Origin: Gemmatimonadota bacterium
GTDB lineage: Bacteria; Gemmatimonadota; Gemmatimonadetes; Longimicrobiales; Longimicrobiaceae
DNA: 64,000 nt
NCBI GenBank assembly: GCA_028287185.1
Contig: JAQBQD010000155.1
Span: 33,609-97,608 of the forward strand
Direction: 5' to 3'
In this document: positions 59,149-64,000 of the stretch, one piece after another
Numbering within the stretch: position 1 is the stretch's first letter
Layout of the letters: the number at the start of each line of letters is the position of its first letter
Made by a program: the position numbers and the translations under genes
The notes under the pieces: generated by a model
Database searches by the model: none
The model's input: the letters and a program-made list of their open reading frames with translations, nothing else
What the model was told of the DNA's origin: nothing

Positions 59149-61041
59149 TCACGCACCCACGGGGGGTGCCGCTCGGCGCTTCCGCACCTCCATCACCAGA
59201 TTCTGCAGGTCGCTGGGGCTCACACCCGGCACCCGCCCGGCCTGCGCCAGGGTATGCGGCCGGATGCGGCCCAGCTTCTGCCGCGCCTCGAACGAAAGCG
59301 ACAGCAATCCATCGTACTCCAACTCCGGCGGCAGCACGAAGTCCGCCTGCCGCTGCAAAGCCGCGGCGCGCTCGCGCTCACGGACCAGATACCCCTCGTA
59401 GCGAAGCTCCATCTCCGCCGCCGCCAGCGCCTCACGGACCGCTTCCGCATCCCCCTCGACACCGCCATCGATCGCCGCCGCCAGCTTCTCCGCGGGCACG
59501 TTCGGGCGTCGGATCAGTGCTGCCAGCCGCGTCGGCTCGGTGATCGGCGAGGAGCCCACTTCCCCGAGGACCGGATTCGCCTGCGCGGGAGAGATGTTCG
59601 TGGAATCCAGCCATCCGCTGACCCTTTCCAGCAGCTCCAGGCGCTCGCCGAGCGCTCGCTCCTGCCCCTCCGTCAGCAGCCCACGCGCGGCCGCGATGGG
59701 GCCCAGGCGGTGCAGCGCGTTGTCCTGCCGCAGCGTCAGGCGGAACTCGGCGCGCGAGGTGAACAGGCGATACGGCTCGTCCGTTCCACGCGTCACCAGG
59801 TCGTCCACCAGCACCCCGATGAACGCCTCGTCCCGCTCCAGGATCAGGGGATCGGCGCCATGCGCGGCGAAGGCGGCGTTCGCGCCCGCGACGACGCCCT
59901 GGCCTGCGGCCTCTTCGTATCCCGTTGTGCCGTTCACCTGGCCGGCCAGGAAGAGGCCGTCCAGCGCCTTGCTTTCCAGCGTGGCGCGGAGCTGGTGGGG
60001 TGGGTAATAGTCGTATTCGATGGCGTATCCCACCTTGGTAATGCGCGCATGCTCCATCCCCGGAACGCTGCGCAGCATGCGGAGCTGCACGTCCGCCGGC
60101 AGGGACGTGGAAAGGCCGTTCACGTACAGCTCGTGCGTCTCCAGTCCCTCGGGCTCCAGGAAGACCTGGTGCCGTGTGGCATCCGGAAACTTCACGATCT
60201 TGTCTTCGATGGAGGGGCAGTAGCGCGGGCCACGGCCTGCGATCTCGCCCCCGTAGAGGGCGGATTCGGACAGGCTGGAGCGCACGATGTCGCGCAGCTC
60301 CTCGCCCGTCCATGTGATCCAGCAGGGGAGCTGGGGCAGGAGCGGGGCTTTCTCCCACGTCGACAGGCGGTAGTCCGGGCTCTCGCCGGGCTGCAATTCG
60401 CACCGGGCGAGGTCCACCGTACGCCCGTCCACGCGGGGTGGAGTGCCCGTCTTGAAGCGCGCCACCTCCAACCCCAGGGCCTCCATCTGCTCCGCCAGGC
60501 GGATCGACGGCGCGTCGCCCGCACGTCCAGCCGGCACCCCGGCGGCGCGGCCCACGTGGATTCGTCCACGCAAGAAGGTGCCTGCGGTGAGGACCACGGA
60601 GCGGGCGTGGAACTCGACTCCGCTCTCCGTGCGCACGCCCGCAACGCGGTTTCCCTCGAGGATGAGAGAGCCGACCATCGCCTGAAACAGGTCCAGCTTC
60701 TCGATCCGTTCCAGCAGGCTACGAACGGCGCGGGGATAGAGTCCGCGGTCGCATTGCGCGCGAGGAGCCCACACGGCGGGGCCCTTGGAACGGTTCAGCA
60801 TCCGGAACTGGATGCGGGAGCGGTCCGTCGCCAGCCCCATGATGCCGCCAAGCGCATCCACCTCGCGCACCACGGTGCCCTTCGCGACGCCGCCGATCGC
60901 CGGGTTGCAGCTCATCTGGCCGACGCCCTCCAGGTTCGGCGTGACGAGCAGCGTGCGCGCACCCGCGCGCGCTGACGCCGCGGCGGCCTCCACACCCGCG
61001 TGCCCGCCGCCCACCACGATCACGTCGTATCTCTGCTCCAT
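59149..61041 (-). CDS. mnmG: tRNA uridine-5-carboxymethylaminomethyl modification enzyme MnmG (GidA)
   Basis: ATG at 61039-61041; MEQRYDVIVVGGGHAGVEAAAASARAG FAD-binding motif and GidA-family conservation throughout; 630 aa. Confidence 0.9.
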   Translation of the reverse strand: MEQRYDVIVVGGGHAGVEAAAASARAGARTLLVTPNLEGVGQMSCNPAIGGVAKGTVVREVDALGGIMGLATDRSRIQFRMLNRSKGPAVWAPRAQCDRGLYPRAVRSLLERIEKLDLFQAMVGSLILEGNRVAGVRTESGVEFHARSVVLTAGTFLRGRIHVGRAAGVPAGRAGDAPSIRLAEQMEALGLEVARFKTGTPPRVDGRTVDLARCELQPGESPDYRLSTWEKAPLLPQLPCWITWTGEELRDIVRSSLSESALYGGEIAGRGPRYCPSIEDKIVKFPDATRHQVFLEPEGLETHELYVNGLSTSLPADVQLRMLRSVPGMEHARITKVGYAIEYDYYPPHQLRATLESKALDGLFLAGQVNGTTGYEEAAGQGVVAGANAAFAAHGADPLILERDEAFIGVLVDDLVTRGTDEPYRLFTSRAEFRLTLRQDNALHRLGPIAAARGLLTEGQERALGERLELLERVSGWLDSTNISPAQANPVLGEVGSSPITEPTRLAALIRRPNVPAEKLAAAIDGGVEGDAEAVREALAAAEMELRYEGYLVRERERAAALQRQADFVLPPELEYDGLLSLSFEARQKLGRIRPHTLAQAGRVPGVSPSDLQNLVMEVRKRRAAPPVGA

Positions 61042-61099
61042 CGTACCGCCGTTGAAGTGAGGATCGGCCTCGCTCGTTCTTACCTCCGTGCAGGGTTGC

Positions 61100-61115
61100 T
61101 GTTCCACGTGGAACA
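61100..61115. promoter_or_regulatory. Second parS site (identical 16-mer TGTTCCACGTGGAACA)
   Basis: ctgTGTTCCACGTGGAACActc, about 60 bp upstream of the mnmG start codon. Confidence 0.75.
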
Positions 61116-61203
61116 CTCCTGTTCCGCAGACAAGTCATGACTGGCACACTCGTTGCGCCTGCGGCCCATCCCACGGACGGGGACCTGATCCACGGAGGAA
61201 TGC

Positions 61204-62421
61204 ATGGACGAGAAGAAGACCGGCACGGGAGATGGCGCGGGGTACGGCGCCGGAAGCGGACGGACGGGCTCGGGGGCCAGCAGCTCCGACCGCTCGGGAC
61301 TGACGGACGGATTCGAAGGCAGCGGCACCTCGCGGTCGGGCGCGGAGCGCAACGCGTCGGGCATCGGCGGCACGGGAAGCGAGCGCAGCGGCACCGGAGC
61401 GTCGGCGGGCCTCGGCGGCACGGGCACCAACCGCGGGCTGGGTTCCGACGCAGGGCTCACCGCCTCGTCCAGCGAGATGTCCGGCGGCACGCGCGGCAGC
61501 GGGTACTCGGCCTCCAGCAAGGATCCGCTGGGCGGCTCCGGAGCCTCGGGCGGCACGTCGGGCACATCGGGCGCGTCGGGAAGCTCCGGCTACGGCAGCA
61601 GCGCCCTGTCCGGAAGCGAGGGCACGTCGGGTTCCAGCGGGCTCAGCGGATCGGGGAGTGCCTTCGGGTCGAGCGGCCTCAGTGGCTCGGGATCGACGAG
61701 CGGCGGCTCCGGCCTGAGCGGTTCAAGCAGTTCGACGGGCTCCTCTGGGATGAGCGGGTCCGGGTCTTCGAGCGGATCGTCCGGGCTCAGCGGCTCCGGC
61801 AGCTCCGCGGGCTCGTCCGGTTTAGGAGGCTCCAGCGCGTCGACGGGATCGTCGGGCCTCGGCGGTTCGAGCGCATCGACCGGATCCAGCGGCCTGGGTG
61901 GATCGGGAAGCTCGACAGGGTCGTCCGGTCTCGGCGGCTCTGGATCGTCGTACGGTTCGCCGGGGCTGAGCGGATCCAGCGCCTCGAGCGGGGGCACCCT
62001 CGGCGGCACGGGATCTACCTCGGGGCTCGGCGGAAGCGCGTCGGGTGGCTCGTCCTGGACGCCGGGATCGGCGGAGGGTTCGGGCGCGTCCGGCGTGGGC
62101 GCGCAGGTACAGCAGGCCGCGGCGGGCGTGGCGGGCCGGCTGGAGGATCGGGCAAACGAGGTGATCAACCGCGTGGGCGACGGGCTGCAGCAGGCGGCCG
62201 ACCGCATCGAGGACATCTCGGGCGGCGGCGACATCGCGGCCAAGGCCGGCGACCTGGCGCACAGCGCGGCGGACGGCATGGAGTCGGCGGCGCGCTACCT
62301 GCGCGACAACGACGTGCGCTCGCTGCAGGGCGACCTGGAGCGCATGGTGCGCGAGAAGCCGCTGCAGACGCTGCTGATGGGCGTCGCGGCGGGGTGGCTC
62401 GTGGGCAAGATCCTCCGCTGA
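61204..62421 (+). CDS. YqjD/ElaB-like (DUF883) membrane-anchored protein with about 300-aa Gly/Ser-rich tandem-repeat region
   Basis: C-terminus DLERMVREKPLQTLLMGVAAGWLVGKILR is the DUF883 C-terminal TM signature; central region consists of degenerate GSSGLGGSSASTGSS-type repeats (repetitive DNA about 61560-62060). Confidence 0.6.
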   Translation: MDEKKTGTGDGAGYGAGSGRTGSGASSSDRSGLTDGFEGSGTSRSGAERNASGIGGTGSERSGTGASAGLGGTGTNRGLGSDAGLTASSSEMSGGTRGSGYSASSKDPLGGSGASGGTSGTSGASGSSGYGSSALSGSEGTSGSSGLSGSGSAFGSSGLSGSGSTSGGSGLSGSSSSTGSSGMSGSGSSSGSSGLSGSGSSAGSSGLGGSSASTGSSGLGGSSASTGSSGLGGSGSSTGSSGLGGSGSSYGSPGLSGSSASSGGTLGGTGSTSGLGGSASGGSSWTPGSAEGSGASGVGAQVQQAAAGVAGRLEDRANEVINRVGDGLQQAADRIEDISGGGDIAAKAGDLAHSAADGMESAARYLRDNDVRSLQGDLERMVREKPLQTLLMGVAAGWLVGKILR

Positions 62422-62435
62422 CCGGGAGAACGGCC

Positions 62436-62894
62436 ATGAACGAGCCCCAGATCGCCCGCACGCCGGTGACGGACGGCCGCCCCCTGGGGGGGGCCGATCC
62501 GTCGCTGGGCGACCTCTTCCGGCAGCTCGCGGAGGACAGCGCGACGCTGATCCGGCAGGAGGTGGCCCTCGCCAAGACGGAGATGAAGGACAACGTCCAG
62601 CATGCGGCGAAGAACGCCAGCATGGTGGCGGTGGGCGGGGTCGTCGCCGCGATCGGGGCCCTCGTCCTGGTCGCCTTCCTGGTGATGATCGTCGGCAAGG
62701 CGCTCGGGGCGCCCTGGGCGGGAGCGCTGGTGGTGGGCCTGCTGTTCGTGATCGCCGGCGCGGTGCTGGCGAAGCGTGCGCTGGGCCACCTGAAGCACGA
62801 CTCGCTGGCCCCCGAGAACACCATCCAGAGCCTCAAGGAGGACAAGCAATGGGTGCAGACCGAGATGCAGCAGGCACGCCGGGAGCTGGCATGA
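62436..62894 (+). CDS. YqjE-like (DUF1469, holin-X-like) inner membrane protein
   Basis: ATG at 62436 with gggaga RBS; two TM helices (MVAVGGVVAAIGALVLVAFLVMIV, ALVVGLLFVIAGAVLA); gene order after a DUF883 gene matches yqjD-yqjE. Confidence 0.55.
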   Translation: MNEPQIARTPVTDGRPLGGADPSLGDLFRQLAEDSATLIRQEVALAKTEMKDNVQHAAKNASMVAVGGVVAAIGALVLVAFLVMIVGKALGAPWAGALVVGLLFVIAGAVLAKRALGHLKHDSLAPENTIQSLKEDKQWVQTEMQQARRELA

Positions 62895-63580
62895 CGCCCG
62901 GGGCCGGCCGCGACGACGGCGGACTGAACGCCGGCACCACGCGTTCCATGGCGGGCGACCGTCCGGGAAGCGCGGAGGTTCACGGGGGCCTGCACGCGGG
63001 TGGAAGCCCGGGCGGCTCCACCGCGGCCATGGGCGACACCGCCCGCACGGGCTCCGCGTCCGACGAGTACGGCGCGCTGAGCTTCAGCCGTGGAGCCGAG
63101 GAGGAGGGCCTGCGCGAGAAGGCCACCAACCGGATCAGCGGCGCGCTGGAGGATGCCAAGGACCTGGGCGGCCGCGCCACCGAGCTCGTGGGCCAGGCCC
63201 GCGAGCGCGCAGGCGAGATGGCGGGCGAGGCGCGCGAGCGCATGACCCAGGCGATGGGCCAGGCCGAGGACATGCTTCGCCGCAGCGGCGCCATCGACCG
63301 CGTGAAGGCCAACCCCATGCCCGCGCTTGGCATCGCCTTCGGGGTGGGCTACCTGCTGGCGGGCAGCAGCAAGGGCGTGGTGGGCAAGGCCAAGGGCGAG
63401 CTGAAGCACGCGGTGCTCGCCGGCCTCACCGCCACGGTGGCCCGCGAGGCGCGCGACTACCTGGGCAGCAGCGGCGGCGGCATGCTCAGCCAGTTCCTGG
63501 GCGGGCAGGGGGGCGGGCAGACGGGCCGGAGCGGGAGCACGGCCTCGCACCGGCCGCCCAGCCACCGCGAGCAGCTCTAG
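62891..63580 (+). CDS. Second DUF883-like (ElaB/YqjD family) protein
   Basis: ATG at 62891 overlapping the upstream stop (ATGA); ...RISGALEDAKDLGGRATELVGQARERAGEMAGEARERM...PMPALGIAFGVGYLLAGSSK resembles the DUF883 core + C-terminal anchor. Confidence 0.5.
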   Translation: MTPGAGRDDGGLNAGTTRSMAGDRPGSAEVHGGLHAGGSPGGSTAAMGDTARTGSASDEYGALSFSRGAEEEGLREKATNRISGALEDAKDLGGRATELVGQARERAGEMAGEARERMTQAMGQAEDMLRRSGAIDRVKANPMPALGIAFGVGYLLAGSSKGVVGKAKGELKHAVLAGLTATVAREARDYLGSSGGGMLSQFLGGQGGGQTGRSGSTASHRPPSHREQL

Positions 63581-63582
63581 CG

Positions 63583-63852
63583 GTGGTGGAGGCGGGCCTG
63601 CGGGTTCGGGGCCGGGTGCAGGGCGTGGGATTCCGCTGGTGGGTCCGCGCCCAGGGCACCCGCCTCGGCCTCGCCGGCACCGTGCACAACTGCGACGACG
63701 GGACCGTGGAGGTTCACCTCCGTGGTCCCGCGTCCGTCGTCGACCAGATGACCCGGCTTCTCCACGACGGTCCGCCCGGCGCGCGGGTGGATACCGTCGA
63801 CTCCGTTCCGTTCCGCGAAGCACCCGGCGCCGGCTTCTCTATCCTCCGCTGA
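63583..63852 (+). CDS. acyP: Acylphosphatase
   Basis: GTG start; VRGRVQGVGFRWWVRAQGTRLGLAGTVHNCDDGTVEVHLRG matches the acylphosphatase signature (VxGxVQGVxFR ... GxVxNxxDGxV). Confidence 0.75.
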   Translation: MVEAGLRVRGRVQGVGFRWWVRAQGTRLGLAGTVHNCDDGTVEVHLRGPASVVDQMTRLLHDGPPGARVDTVDSVPFREAPGAGFSILR

Positions 63853-64000
63853 GCCGAATTCCGAACATCACCCGAAGAAAAACGGCTTCTCAGGTTCGCT
63901 CAGGACGCACGAACGCCGATTCGCGAGGGCACTCGTTCGCTTAGAACGTCAAAATGCCTCAGAGGCGAAATTCGGGCGGTTTTTTCGTCGCGCACTCCGC

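Overview
This is a high-GC (roughly 70%) bacterial chromosomal segment that is densely coded on both strands. The composition and gene content (PrkA-YeaH-SpoVR, an HlyD-type exporter, a pLGIC homolog) look Gemmatimonadota-like or similar, but the organism cannot be named from sequence alone.

The ordinary genes are as follows:
- A prkA-yeaH-spoVR stress operon on the minus strand.
- thrB and thrC.
- A PAS sensor histidine kinase.
- htpG.
- ppk1 followed by aceK.
- dinB.
- An SPFH protein.
- A P450/ABM-monooxygenase pair with a divergent ArsR-type regulator.
- An S9 peptidase.
- A 5'-nucleotidase.
- An origin-proximal block containing mnmG, parA, parB, an M23 peptidase, bactofilin and a Nif3-like gene, with two identical parS palindromes and a DnaA-box cluster.
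- A yqjD/yqjE-like operon.
- acyP.

The main finding is a complete class I lanthipeptide (lantibiotic-type) biosynthetic gene cluster on the minus strand, about 43.0-54.1 kb. Its parts, in transcription order, are:
- LanB, apparently split into a glutamylation-domain ORF (1071 aa) and an elimination-domain ORF (323 aa).
- LanC, carrying a roughly 240-aa C-terminal extension.
- Two precursor peptides whose leaders resemble the nisin/subtilin FNLD-type leader (MRKLRLDLxxLxVxxFET).
- An ABC exporter with no C39 domain, an HlyD-family periplasmic adaptor, and a subtilisin-like LanP protease.
- A pLGIC-like ion channel gene directly downstream of LanP.

The precursor cores are extremely Cys-rich, with 12 Cys and 12 Ser/Thr in about 51 residues of LanA2. 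Three strong GC hairpins sit in the lanA1-lanA2 spacer.

Other points worth a second look:
- An approximately 1.4-kb visibly lower-GC islet carries a solitary proteasome/HslV-like Ntn-hydrolase gene beside a G10 homopolymer tract.
- A lipoprotein gene has its signal peptide and mature part in different reading frames, with a GGC repeat at the junction.
- A 9-bp intergenic tandem repeat is present.
- A His/Met-rich, Cys-repeat lipoprotein is a candidate metal binder.

Several very long six-frame ORFs (for example 2263 aa and 1939 aa) are high-GC artefacts spanning real genes or their antisense strands, and are recorded as rejected.
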